From NCBI GenBank assembly GCA_040954595.2, contig CM082585.2, positions 12,278,027 through 12,342,026 of the forward strand: a DNA stretch of 64,000 nt, in the 5' to 3' direction. Each line of letters begins with the position of its first letter. The stretch's first letter is position 1. Below, one piece after another: positions 1 to 17,374 of the stretch. The notes under the pieces are model-generated. The model saw only the letters and a program-made list of their open reading frames with translations. It did no database searches and was not told the origin of the DNA. The translations under genes were made by a program, and so were the position numbers. The DNA comes from Balanoglossus misakiensis (Eukaryota; Animalia; Hemichordata).

Positions 1-915
1 ACTGCATAAGGCTATTTGTTTTTATAGGAAATCCTAGAAGCGTTTGGAATGATTTGTAAAATGTGATTTCTAGATTGGTTGAAATTGTTGTTGGCGTAGA
101 ACGTCTGTATATCTTATCATTTTCGTTGGAATTTTACAGATAACTTAATAAAACATTAAATGAAGCCGTAAAGAAGACTGTGTTTGTGTCATTGTGTGTG
201 GAAGTGTCAACTGAGGGGAGGGGGGGGGGGGGGGGGGGCTAAAGCAAACTTGAATTGGCAGGGAACACCCTGTATCTGGACATGATTGTATTCAGCTATA
301 CTGGGTTAATAAAAAAACAAAAGCATAATGCTTCTGTTATTGTTAATGGCGCTGTATCAGTTACATTCGCTAACCTTTTTTAGTGGCTATGGCAGTAGCT
401 CGAGATTTTGCCTGGTTTTAGTAGCTGGACGGTGAAACCAGAAGACAAGAAAATACACAAAAGTATTGAAAATCTTTATAAAGACAAAAAATCACCAAGC
501 GACCAGCGGGCTAGTCTACCTGCATGCACCTATTGCACAGGCGAGAGAAATGTTGGTGGCGCTATAATATTTATAAAAAGTGTGACCTACGGACAGGTGA
601 CCCCGCGCGACCTGGGGACTTGGACAAGGCCAGAATGGTTGATTTGACCTGCTAGTAGTACCACATATTCTTCGGTAGTTATGGTTATGGGAGGAATTCC
701 CTTCTACGAGAGCTCAGTTGGCTTGGTCAAGTTCATGTGACGGGATTTGGATCAAAATCACGCCTACGGTAGTGCCCATAGGTTGCAGTTCCACTGGTAG
801 GCTGGTAAAACTGTCGAGTCATATCGTGAATTGGACAACTTGATAGGCATAAATAATTGCATGAACATTGTGAGAAAGAACACCTGATAACGCCAGTTCG
901 GCGCGGCTGCACTCC

Positions 916-1179
916 ATGTTGCATGTATATTCGTGCATGTGTTTCAAGAAGATCATTCGTTCGTCGACGCTGAAGTTCCTCTGCAGACGAACATTGGCAG
1001 CTTCAACAGATAGCTTGCACACGGTTATTGGTAACCGTGGCTTGTGTAATTCAGCCTCGAAGAGTGACAAGATGTCGACGAGACTGGTAGATTATGTTGC
1101 CCCTTCTTGGGCAAGTCGTCTGCAGTGCATACCCAAACAAAAAGTGCAGGTAAGAAAACAACGAAATTTGTCATTTTGG

Positions 1180-1225
<46 letters not shown>

Positions 1226-3422
1226 CGACCATCCATATACATGTACTACTAACTTGAGTTGCCAATAACATCTTGATTCTTGTTTGTCCCATTGTTTTGA
1301 TAATTTTAGCTGTCAATGTACAACACACCCATTCATGCATGGAAAATCCCAGACATTCCTAGCGAGTTTGAACTACATGTGAAACGGGATGATTTGACCG
1401 GAAGTACATTATCTGGAAATAAGGTATGGTCCCTAGAATTATCAAAAAGATAAAAAACTACATTTTGCAATAATTCATTCACTTTATTTTTGTGTTTTAA
1501 GGTAATGATCCTTGAATACTAAGATATAACACAAGATTTAGTTTCAGCAATTTTAACTTGCAATTTTAGGTGCGTAAATTGGAATTTCTCTTAGCGGATG
1601 CAGTTAGTCAGCAATGTACATGTGTCATCACAGCCGGAGGAATTCAGTCCAACTTTGCTCGATCTACAGCAGTGGCAGCACGACAACTGGGCATGGATTC
1701 ACATTTACTGCTCAGATCTGAATCTTCAGGTGAGTCACATTTATATTTATTACTTTTACAAAATATTGCCAAATGTGCTTTTAGTGTGCACAACTCTTTG
1801 AAGCCAAGTAAACTCAGATGCATTGAGTAAATTTCATCCATTGCCATTATCATTATTTCCAGGAGCCAGATTCTATTGGTTGCCAGGGTAACCTACTTCT
1901 AGATCGCCTTGTTGGATCATATATTTATTTGATTCCAAAAAGAGCTCAATATGAAGCTGACATCAAAGGAAAAATGGAAAAACTGGCTGATAAAATAAAG
2001 TAAGAATTTAGCTATTTATTTCACTGCATTGTACTAACATGAACTCAGTGGAAACTGTTGGGCATTGGTGATAGACATGGTCTCACAGAGCTTATTTTTA
2101 ATTGTTTTTACCCATTTCTGTTTTCAGCAATGATGGCGGGAAGGCATACTGTATTCCTATTGGTGGATCTAATGAGATTGGTTTGTTTGGATACCTGGAA
2201 GGTTTTAATGAACTTGTACAACAGGTACACAAAATAGAGTCTATTTTGTGCATTCATTTTATGAAGATTTTCTTGCTTGGTTTGAACACTAGATAATTAC
2301 CACACTGACTTTCTACACCAATCAGATAACAACCCCCCAACCCTAAACAAAGTTTGGAAATGTGACATGTGACAAAGAATGCTTTGAACTTGGACATCCT
2401 GGCATCCTTATGGGCTTACAAGGAAACATTCATTCTAACAGTCAAACCTATTTTTTTCACAGAATGTGTTGGAAGATTATGACGATCTTGTTTTCACAAT
2501 TGGCAGCGGAGGCACATCTGCCGGACTTGCCATTGGAAATTATCTGACCGGAAGCAAATTGAAGTAAGTATTCCTACTCTCTATAGCATGTGTTAATTTG
2601 GACATATATTTTCATGTGTTTAGCCGAATTCATACTCCGATTTTTCCCAACCATTCCAGGTGCCATGCCATAGCCGTATGCGATGGTGCCGCGTACTTCC
2701 ATGCTGAAATCAACAAAACACTCCGTCAGATTGGTCTGGGATCAGAGACAAAATCAGAAGATATTGTGGAAATTCTGGAAGGTGCTAAAGGGAAAGGATA
2801 TGGGGTGTCAACAGAAGAAGAATTAGGTTTGACAAGATGAATTTTGATTTACAATTTGAACCTTGGCTTCTATTTCCATGTTTGGATTTTGTTTCATGGT
2901 ACGTGTGTCCAACATAGTCAAGTACATGTAGTGGTCATATTTTGACAATTTAAGTATAATAGTGTTTGATTGGAGTCATAACTTGTGAGTCAGATTTGAT
3001 TTTCATCTTTTTGGCAGAATTTATAATGAAGGTTGCAACAAATACTGGAATAATGATAGATCCTGTGTATACCGGAAAAGCTGTGAAGTATTTAGTGGAG
3101 CAAATGAATAACAAACCATCAATGTTCAAAGGAAGAAGGGTGTTATTTCTTCATACAGGTACTCACATTAATTTTATAATAACTGCATTGTAGTATTCAC
3201 TGTAACTTGACCTAAGACATTTTGTAACCCACTGACCACTGTACTAACAATTCCAGTGAGTGTTTTATTTAAAATTCAAAAACCCCTTTTCTTGTTCTTC
3301 ATACAGGGGGTTTGTTTGGTTTATTTGATGGACGCGTTGATCATCTTTTAAAACAGCCTGGAACTGTTGGCAACAGAATCCACAACTGGGTGGATCCCAA
3401 CTCTCCAGTTCCTGATGTGTGA
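916..3422 (+). CDS. D-cysteine desulfhydrase / ACC deaminase family PLP enzyme, paralog 1 (9 coding exons)
   Basis: Exons: 916/937/1072-1149, 1310-1423, 1570-1729, 1870(or 1863)-1999, 2128-2224, 2463-2563, 2660-2826, 3018-3158, 3307-3422, all GT-AG. Family motifs: [18 protein letters not shown]|VRKLEF (PLP lysine), [42 protein letters not shown]. About 367 aa from ATG1072. AATAAA at 3680. The exon 3/4 junction is ambiguous (see findings). Confidence 0.9.
1180..1224. repeat. (ATC)n microsatellite in intron 1
   Basis: About 15 perfect ATC units; these explain the poly-Ile and poly-Met stretches in the ORF track. Confidence 0.95.
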
Positions 3423-3990
3423 TTTACACGCTGTGCTTCCAAGTGACTTCCTATGAATCTGAAACTGGCTCATTTTGAGAAACTTTCATTTCAGAATTCA
3501 AAACAGGAATTGTGAATCAGACTAAAAATGTTTTACTTTGTTTTATACAACTCACAAACTCTGGTGCCCATTTTGTGTAACTCTAAATTTCTGGAAGACT
3601 GCAAAAATGCCAGAGACAATCAGCTTCAGATGCTTGATGTATGTTTAATTATGTAATGGATAGTACACTGAGGAATAACAATAAATTTCAACTTTATTTT
3701 AACCAATATCATCATCAGCAGCAGCATGATCCGCAAATACGTCGCACTTTAAAAAATCGTAGAAACCGGTGTCAGTAGGATCAGAACACTTCTTTTCAGA
3801 GCGGCCAATCTCCACCGCATGAGGGCGCTATGACACGTCATCATTATATGTCGTCACTATTGTACATTGTTCTCCACACGTGTGTATGATATGTACCGTT
3901 GTAACTGGATTACCAGAGCCTGTCATGGCACAAATACCGATAAAAGAAAAAGAGTATCAGGATGTTAGAAACATTTAGAAATCCTACAAG

Positions 3991-4671
3991 ATGGGAAGTC
4001 GACGAATACGGAGTAATTGGTACAGGAGTTATGAGATGGCTCGCCAACATCAGTTGGCCTGCCACGACGCTGTGCGTCGATTACGAGAATCTATTTTATG
4101 TCAAACACAACTGCAACTTTCGCAGACGTCAGATAGACTGAGAAAGGAAAGATTGGCTGGAAGATTTACTGTCGGTGGGCACAGATCGGCGACAATTACA
4201 ACATGCGGGCATAACGGATTTCCTTTACGATATTCAAACCGAATGACCGAATACAGAAAGTCGCGGCTGAAGTTGCCGAAAGGCGGTAACGAGAACGACA
4301 AGGATTCCGACATCAGGCAAAAGCGACAGGCTGAGTTGGAGGAAGAAATTCAAAAACGAGTGAATGAAATGCTTCTTGAAGATGAATCTGACTGTTACCA
4401 TGGAAACAAAAATCAGCACAACACCATCAACTTGACGCTTCCTCAGATGACGTCACTGTTTACGGCCAACCGAATTGCAAATGTCGGACTGGAAACAGAA
4501 GACCAATATGTCAGAAGACAGTCTTCCACAAGCATCCCACCGAAAAGAGCAGCTCAGAGTCGACACGTCGATTCAGATGGTGTTTTTCCGCGCAAAACCT
4601 GTTCTAGTTCGGAATGCAGTGCTAGTGACATTAGCAGCAGCGATAGTGAATTTTCAATATCGTTAGATTAA
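3991..4671 (+). CDS. intronless 226-aa ORF, uncharacterised protein (predicted N-terminal helical/coiled-coil segment, Ser-rich C-terminus)
   Basis: Long stop-free ORF with raised GC/CpG content in AT-rich surroundings; no family motif recognised. An in-frame upstream ATG at 3925 is interrupted by TAG at 3976. Confidence 0.5.
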   Translation: MGSRRIRSNWYRSYEMARQHQLACHDAVRRLRESILCQTQLQLSQTSDRLRKERLAGRFTVGGHRSATITTCGHNGFPLRYSNRMTEYRKSRLKLPKGGNENDKDSDIRQKRQAELEEEIQKRVNEMLLEDESDCYHGNKNQHNTINLTLPQMTSLFTANRIANVGLETEDQYVRRQSSTSIPPKRAAQSRHVDSDGVFPRKTCSSSECSASDISSSDSEFSISLD

Positions 4672-5215
4672 CGAAAAAATGGTCAGATTTATTTTAGTCT
4701 GCACAAAATTAGTTTCATCCGCAAATCTATTTGAATTGCAGATATTAAACACATGCATTTTTTATTTTAAAAATACATTGTCGTTTTCTTTCTTTCCAAA
4801 ACGGTAAAAATTCGCCCAAAATACAATATTGCAGATTGTGGCACAACATGTGATAGTTTCTGAGAAGTCAATTTGTTGGCAGAGGAACAACAACGGACAG
4901 GCAGCCTTTCTGATAATCTCTGTGTCATGTCGCGGACAGCAAAGCTAAAAGGCTAGTTACAGCTCACGGTAGTATTGTGGTCTGCAGTAAAGTACGAGCA
5001 AGGGCGAGATACCCTTGAAAATAGGATGGGATGCCCTCAGCGCGCTTCAATTTCCATACATTGTAGAAATGTGAGTGAGCTAAAGGGTCTTGGACTCGCA
5101 AAAACGTGGCGTGGTGGAAAGTTCCGCGTGACCCCACACGTCAGAGTACACGCCGCGTATCTTTACACTGCATCAGCTAACCCGTCGTAACGTGCGTCAT
5201 TCCTATCTCCCCCAG

Positions 5216-8200
5216 ATGTCAGAGCAGCCCGAGAAAAGAGCTAAAATGGACAGACTCGAAACAGCTAAGAGTTATCTTGAAGAATGGGACATGCCAGAAT
5301 TCGCGAAAAAGATGAAAAATGTCCCCAAGCACCGAGTGCGGGTAAGACGATCGTCTCGTGCATTGTTTTTGCAACTGTAGCTCTGTATTATTCGCCGGTA
5401 AACCGAAAAAGCCGGGTAGCTGGTAGAATGCCCGTGTCATGCCACGTTTTGCTAAGCGGTTTGGTTAGCTGCTTCCAACATGCGGCTTTGCAGACGAGTG
5501 TTTTTCTTCAAGTTGATCGTCCATAACTTGACAAGCAAACACCTTTCAAAAACGTGGACCTGTCCATTGTTTTCTTGTGAATCTATTATGCGCGAAGAAG
5601 TTAAAAGCCTGCGAAAGCGCTTGTTGGGTTTCGTAAGCCATGTTCATTTTGATACACTCCGCGTCAGTTGCCAAAAGTGTCCATTTCTGGTCTTGTAAGT
5701 TTCATTGGTTACACAAAATTGCACGTTTTTTTTCTCCGCATATCTTTCACGCGATTTGCAATGGCACGCACGCATGCATGTCATACAAGCGCAGCTAAAC
5801 ACTGGCTGCATATATTCACCGGTCGCATGTGACGGGAATTTTCCACATAATAAATGAGAGCGTGTTTCAACAGAAGCGCACGCTGGTTCGCGTCCTAGAT
5901 AACTCTACAGTTCCGCTTGCAGTATGGGAAAGACTCATTTTGACTGATATACAGTCAATTTTGAGCAGATTATTATCCAAAAAGAAGTTATTCGCATAGT
6001 TTTTCCAAGGCAATTCGTGACACTGACATTGTGTGTAAAGACTGCGTGAAATGCAAAAGTATAGTTTAGCATACTAATCCTAGACCCTTAGGATTGTGAA
6101 GGCCAAGGATTGCCTATTGTCTGCTATATATTTTCATTGCCCTTTGGGTGCATTAAAAGGCCATGGCCATTGCTTCCACAAGTCGCAAACCTTTGAATTA
6201 CTTCTATGTCAGTGTATGTGGGACATCACACCCCAGCTGTAAGAAACCCAAGTTCTTAGCTTATGCTGATTGGATGCTAAGAATAGTTCGAATGTTCCGC
6301 CCCCAGATTCTGAGCTCCCATTGGCTTAAGACCGGTCAGGTTATTTGCATAACAATTGAAAAATGGAACTTTGAACTTTCTGAGCTCATGCTACCAAGAT
6401 TATAATAGTTTATGCATGAATAATAAGTTCCATTGATGTATTTGACCCACTTTAATGTAAAATGAGTTAGGGGAGGTACCGACATGCCTTAGTAACTATC
6501 ATTTCAACATCTATAAAGTTTTAATCAAATGATTTGTAGTGATTCTAAAATGTGGACTTTGGAAGTCAATAGAATGTGGGTAAAGATGTCATTCTTTTCT
6601 GGTGCGAGTTAAAAAGTTCTGATGGGCAGGTTCCTGTTTTAATGAACATACTCTAAGAGACTAGTAATGGTTGATCTGTGAATTAAAACTCATTATTGTT
6701 CACCTGGGAATTAATATCCGCAATATGATAGATCATATCAACAGCCATATGTACACATCAAAAATCTGACAATAAATCCAGTCAGTTTTCCTCCTGATAA
6801 CTTTCTCTTTTTCTCCCCACAAATTTTAAGTTTGTCACTTTTTTCTTCTCATTGCAGTTGGCCAACATGAACACCCCCATCCATCGTTGGAATATTCCAG
6901 GCGTACCAGATGATTTTGAATTGTATGTGAAAAGAGATGACATGACAGGCAGTACACTTACAGGCAACAAAGTGAGTTAATGACAGTTATCTCTAACTTT
7001 GGGTGTGTATGGTTGCCATATTTGATTTGCAAGTCAGAAATTATTTTATTTGTGGACAGATGAAAAAATAAGACTCTTTAATTGACCCATGACTACCTTA
7101 TTGATTACTTTGATTAAATATGTCATGTTTTCCTTTTTCCTCATTTAGATCAGGAATTTAGAGTTCCTGTTGGGTGATGCCGTTGTAAATGATTATGATT
7201 CAGTCGTCACATGTGGTGCATTTACATCAAATCATTGCAGAACGACAGCAGTAGCTTCCGCCCAGCTCGGTTTGGATGCACACATTCTTATACGTGTAAG
7301 TTTTTCAAACTTGGTAGAAATAATCTTTTATCCAGGACAATATATTCTGATTTGCTTACATAATACAACATTGCCAGAGATTACAAACGTTATCAAATCA
7401 AATACATATGGTAGCTTGCAGCTTAAGCATAATTTATCTGATATACATTGGAGGGACTGTGTGGTCAATGAAGGTCCCGTTCTTTGTTTGCCATTCATTC
7501 TATGTTCACGCCAATTCCTTTCATTTCTTTCTGCAGGGCGGTGGTGAAAAAATTCCAATGCGTGGTAATTTGATGTTGAGTCGCTTCAGTGGTGCCTCGT
7601 TATACAGGGTACCAGATACAGTCACAGACACTGGGTTCTACGACAGAATGGTTCAACTCTCTCAAAAGGCCAAGTAAGTAAACAAAAGAACATTATTCAT
7701 TTATTTTACTTCACTTGGAGATGTCATGTTTTTTCTCTATTGTATTCAAATGAATCTTTGTTGGAGCACATCCACAAATCTCTACCTTTTCATACGTAGC
7801 TGTATTCACATCACAATTTTTTTCCTCAGGGAAACCACCGGCAAAGGCATCTATGTAATTCCCATTGGCGGTTCCAGTTATCCAGGACTGTTTGGATACA
7901 TCAACTGCTGGGGTGAAATGATGAACCAGGTATAGTACGTTTGTCAAGTTGAAACCTATTCATCTATTTTTTTCAGACACATTGAAAGGGGCTTATCCAA
8001 TAATTGTAAATTTTTCTTCTCCTACAGGGCATTCTAGACAGATTTACAGACATTGTTGTAACTTGTGGTACAGCTGTGACAACTGGCGCATTGGCGATTG
8101 CAAACTACCTTACTGGTTCAAAATTGAGGTAAGAAAATTCAAATTCAGTAAACCAAAAATCAAAATTTGGTGTCTTTACCAATGTCTTTGATATAGATAA

Positions 8201-8766
8201 CATTCCCTTCACTGGTTTCTTTCATTTATTTTCATCAACAGGGTTCATTCCTTCAGTATCAAACGCCCAATGGATTTCATCTATGGCTACGTACAAGAGA
8301 GTATTGATCTTGCCGGTTTGGACATCAAGGCAGAAGACATCGTCTCAGCCTGTGTTGACTATATCGGTGAAGGTTATGGCAAAAATACAGAAGTGGAACT
8401 TGATTTCATCCGCAACACAGCTGACACCACTGGTATCTTCCTTGATCCAGTCTATACCGGCAAAGCTTCCAGAGGCATGGTTGAAGAAATGAAGAAGAAC
8501 CCAAGCCGCTTCAAGGGCAAGAAAGTACTTTTCCTTCACACAGGTTAGTTCTGCTCCTGAATTTCTGTCTTATGTGCTTGTCCAACTTCTTTGCACAAGT
8601 TTAAATATCTGTTCTTTTGATTTTCTTTGTAGGTGGCATTTTCTCAATCTACACAGATCAACGTTTCGATGGAGTCATGACCAAAGCTGGCTCGGCTGCC
8701 GATAAAGTGATGTACTGGTCAGATGGTGACCCGCCAATGACAACTATAGCAAATCACGAACAATAG
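5216..8766 (+). CDS. D-cysteine desulfhydrase / ACC deaminase family PLP enzyme, paralog 2 (8 coding exons, ~386 aa)
   Basis: Exons 5216-5341, 6858-6971, 7149-7295, 7537-7673, 7830-7929, 8028-8128, 8242-8543, 8633-8766 join in frame (1161 nt). Motifs: NTPIHRW, KRDDMTGSTLTGNK|[42 protein letters not shown]. Intron positions are shared with paralog 1. Confidence 0.92.
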
Positions 8767-10348
8767 ACAGTTGGAACGAACAAAGTTTGTCAAAAAATTC
8801 CCAAATTTTGTGATTAAAATGCAAAAGTAGCAATGCGTAAAAGGAGCTAAAATCAGAAGTAACTAAAGAACCTTCCAAGACATGCAATAGCTGTGCTGCG
8901 CTTTTTTTACATCGATGTACGGAAATTATGATCATGAAGAAATTCAAGGACTATTGTACAAAACTGTTTCTGGGTAAAATCAATGACAAGTTGTATATTT
9001 TTCTGGAAAGGTGGACATTTTAAACCTTTTTGCTGATAAAGAATGCAATCAACTTTGTTTCAAATAGCTTGGTTGGGTTCATTTACAAGGAAGTTTGAAT
9101 AAAATCAAGTGGTCTGAAAGTGCATTTTCAAGTTTTCTTTAATGGTTTGGGCAATAAAAGCATTGTTTTATTCAGAAGTCTCAATATGAACGTTGAAAGT
9201 TTCATAATTCAAAGTACATTCACTGTCTTAAAGTACGGTAGAAATGTTTTTTTCTGCGTCCATTCAAAATTCAACTGCCAAGTTAGCCTCGGATTCAGAT
9301 GCCATTATGTATTACTTTGTATTCTGTGTGCAGAATAGTTAATGCAAAGCTTTACCACATCAAGTTGCCAGATAGAGATTGCTCTGTAGTATTCAAACAA
9401 CCAGTATGGTGTGAAATAGTTTTATCCCGCTTCAAATATGTACTAGTATGTATATAAATGTAAGCAGTTTTATCAAACTATTTACTCATCTTGCAAGATT
9501 TCTTTCAGTTTATCATAACAAAAACAGTTCATAAACCTTTTATATCAGCTTAAGTTTTGCATGTCTACAGAATTTTCCTTTGAAAAAGCACTTGTGCTTA
9601 TTTTGTCCTTGTATTTTCGAATATGACAACATTGCAACTGTCCAATGTATAAAATTTATCTTCACCAGGCTATCTCACTATGACCTTCAGTTTTTGGCGT
9701 ACAGCTAGCTGGGTGTAGCATTCCTTCAAATCTATAGACATTTCTTTTCTTACAAATAAAGTCATACATTCAAGTATTTGATTTGTGTTTTTTTTTTAGA
9801 TCCCACTTGTCTTTATGTCACGACCATTGGGGAAGGAGTACATTGAGAAGATTACGTGTACTTTTTCATCAGTCTTAGAACTTTTGGAGACAAGTGCGCC
9901 ACCTACGTTGGAACCATAAAAACACAAAACTTTCTTTTAAATACACTTATGAGAATCATCACATAAATTATGTGCAAAAATAAACCATATTTCCATACAA
10001 TGGTCTTTGCAATCACGAAAAGGAAGAGTTGTGGAAAAGCGTGCACATTTTAATATTTTTTAAAAATTCAGTGAAGGAAATTTTGTTATGCAGATGGTGT
10101 CCTGGTCATGGATGGATGAAAGTTTTTGCTTCCCACTTTCATACCAGTGATGACGTATTATTACTTTTAAAAGCTGCCATTTAATATCTTGACTATTATA
10201 TCCCACTCATGCACGTACTACTGATAATTTTTAAAATGCAAATATTGGCTGCATATCTAATTAACATGCAATATAACAACAAAGTCACTTCACTTCCTGG
10301 TCTGGGATATGGGCATGCGCATTTTGAGCAGATTGTAAATTGTTCAAG

Positions 10349-15253
<4,905 letters not shown>

Positions 15254-17281
15254 TGACACTAACAGCCACATAGAGATCATGCTCTCTTCATTTGGGTTGA
15301 TACTAAGTTATGTGTTTAGTCTTTATGTAAGGATTTACAGGTCTGTGTGTAACCCCATCCAAGATGTACAGGGACTCTGGTCCTAATACGATACCTAGAG
15401 AGCTTGCAGGACAAATATGAGGCATTGTACTGTAATACACACTTTTCATAATTCTAGCGCCCTCACACAGCCATCATGAATTGGAACTCAAAGCGAGGCT
15501 AATCGGTAAAGCCATTGATGTCCATCCAAAAGATTGTCCCCGCAGACAAAGTCTTGAAGGGACTAATAACTATATCACTGACATTTGTTCAGTTGTGTGT
15601 GGTAGATCATGAGTGTTCGACTGTGGAAAACCTTGCAAGCTCTCTAAGCATCTATAGTTTGATGTACCGGGGTACAAATATTCAACTTTGAAAGACAAAT
15701 GTCCCGTACATTCATTTCTTGTTATGATCTGTTGTTTTCCCAAAGGGGCCTACCAACCCTACTTATCCACCACTCATGGTGTGATCCAGCCACTTTGAAT
15801 GGATGGTTTATCCCATTTGTGGCTTGTGGGTAAGGTAGACGGAAGAGTATTCACTGTCTGCAGCATCTCATAGATTCATGTTCATTGCGAGGTTTAAACA
15901 CCCTTTGCTCCATGTATGCTAGACCTAGATTTATAATTATAATATGGTTTGAATGATTTGTTTCTGTGGTTCCGAATTTCCAGAAATCAAAGAGCATACA
16001 TTGATCAAAGGGTCAAGGGTTAGTGATAAAAACAGATACCCAGACTCGGATGTGAATCTTCAATTTCAATCAGGGATATTGCTGTGCCAAAAATAACTCC
16101 ATTCCATTCTATGCCCAAATCATGTCATTTGCTTTCTAAGTAAAAACTGTATGAAAGTTGGTGTTCAATTGGCTGGAAATTTCTATCAATGGCCAGGTTG
16201 GTTTAAAACTGAATCTTTCCTGTGGAATCTACAACAACTAGTATTGCCCCAACCCTTTTTTCGCAACCCTATAATCTTACATCTTAACATCAGGTGTTGT
16301 TATTAATAGTTAGTCCATTATTCAATGAAATTTACTAGGTTTAGATGCATGAAACGCACAAAACATGCTTCATAAATACATTGCGTAGGTCTTATTGTAG
16401 GTGATATTGTTTTGTGAAGAAAATGACTGTTATGTCATTTTTCCAGGCAGTCTAAAATTGGAGTGTATACAAAAAGGAAAGAAACAAGACCTGCATTGTA
16501 GCTAAAATACTACAAAAATCACTAGAGCCAGCACTGACGATTTTGAATAGTGAAGTAGAATGAGTCAATAATTTGCCTGCATGTGATTTTTTGAGAGACG
16601 CACAAAATGTGATTATAATGTCAAGCAACTGTTGTAGTGTAGTTGATATTATGTTTAAAAATTCTTTGTGTGGCAGGGATTTCTTCAGGTTATCTTAAGT
16701 GTAACACGTGATGTAGAATGTAAGAATTATAAATTTGAGAGAACACTGTTTTGGAGTTCATGACTACGGTCAGATCCTGTTCTGTCTGTTGTCTCTCAGG
16801 TTTTCTTTGGACAAGATCTCGATTGTTTGGTATTCATGAGAACCATCACTGATTGTACTGCTACAAAATTATGAATATTCGCATGACATCACTAATTATG
16901 TGTTTATAGAATTCTGAATACTTGTGAGGACCACCAATTATGTAGACGTGGATCTATGGTCGAGTGAAAGATTCAGTTGTGTGTGGACTTCACAAAGTAC
17001 TGCAGTGCCCTCCTACATCCTGGCTGAATCTTTCAGTCGACGTATTATGGATATTGATGAGGATCGTCACAAATTGTGTAGCTATTGAATTATGAATATT
17101 CATGAGTTTTCTGATGTTCCAATTTGCTCGTTTATGTTAAATTATGCAGATTTGTAATTTGTCATGGCTGTTTAATGGTAGCTTGAGTAATTTACACATT
17201 GTTCTCATTGAAAATTGATATTTGAATTGCACAAATTTATTATGACAGGAAGTGTGATGTGACTTGGTTGAATATTTCTGA

Positions 17282-17374
17282 TTAACCCTTTCACCCCCAG
17301 TTCCCTCTTTAGAGGTCCAGCCTTACCATAGAAAACAATGGGATTGGACTGAACCATGGTGGTGAAAGGGTTAA
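17282..17374. mobile_element. piggyBac-type MITE (TTAA + CCCTTTCACC termini), most complete copy
   Basis: TTAACCCTTTCACC...GGTGAAAGGGTTAA terminal inverted repeats, 93 bp, non-coding; related copies elsewhere in the window. Confidence 0.75.

Noticed and set aside
706-770. tRNA/SINE-like segment (AGCTCAGTTGG A-box-like)
   Set aside because: No convincing B box or cloverleaf could be built.
1092-1340. Poly-Met and poly-Ile ORFs
   Set aside because: These are translations of the intronic (ATC)n microsatellite.
916-8766. Bacterial contamination, recent horizontal transfer, or a true ACC deaminase
   Set aside because: Both genes have 7-8 spliceosomal introns at shared positions and sit among metazoan genes. 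Their diagnostic residues are T/T (DPVYTGK, HTGG), not the E/L of ACC deaminases.
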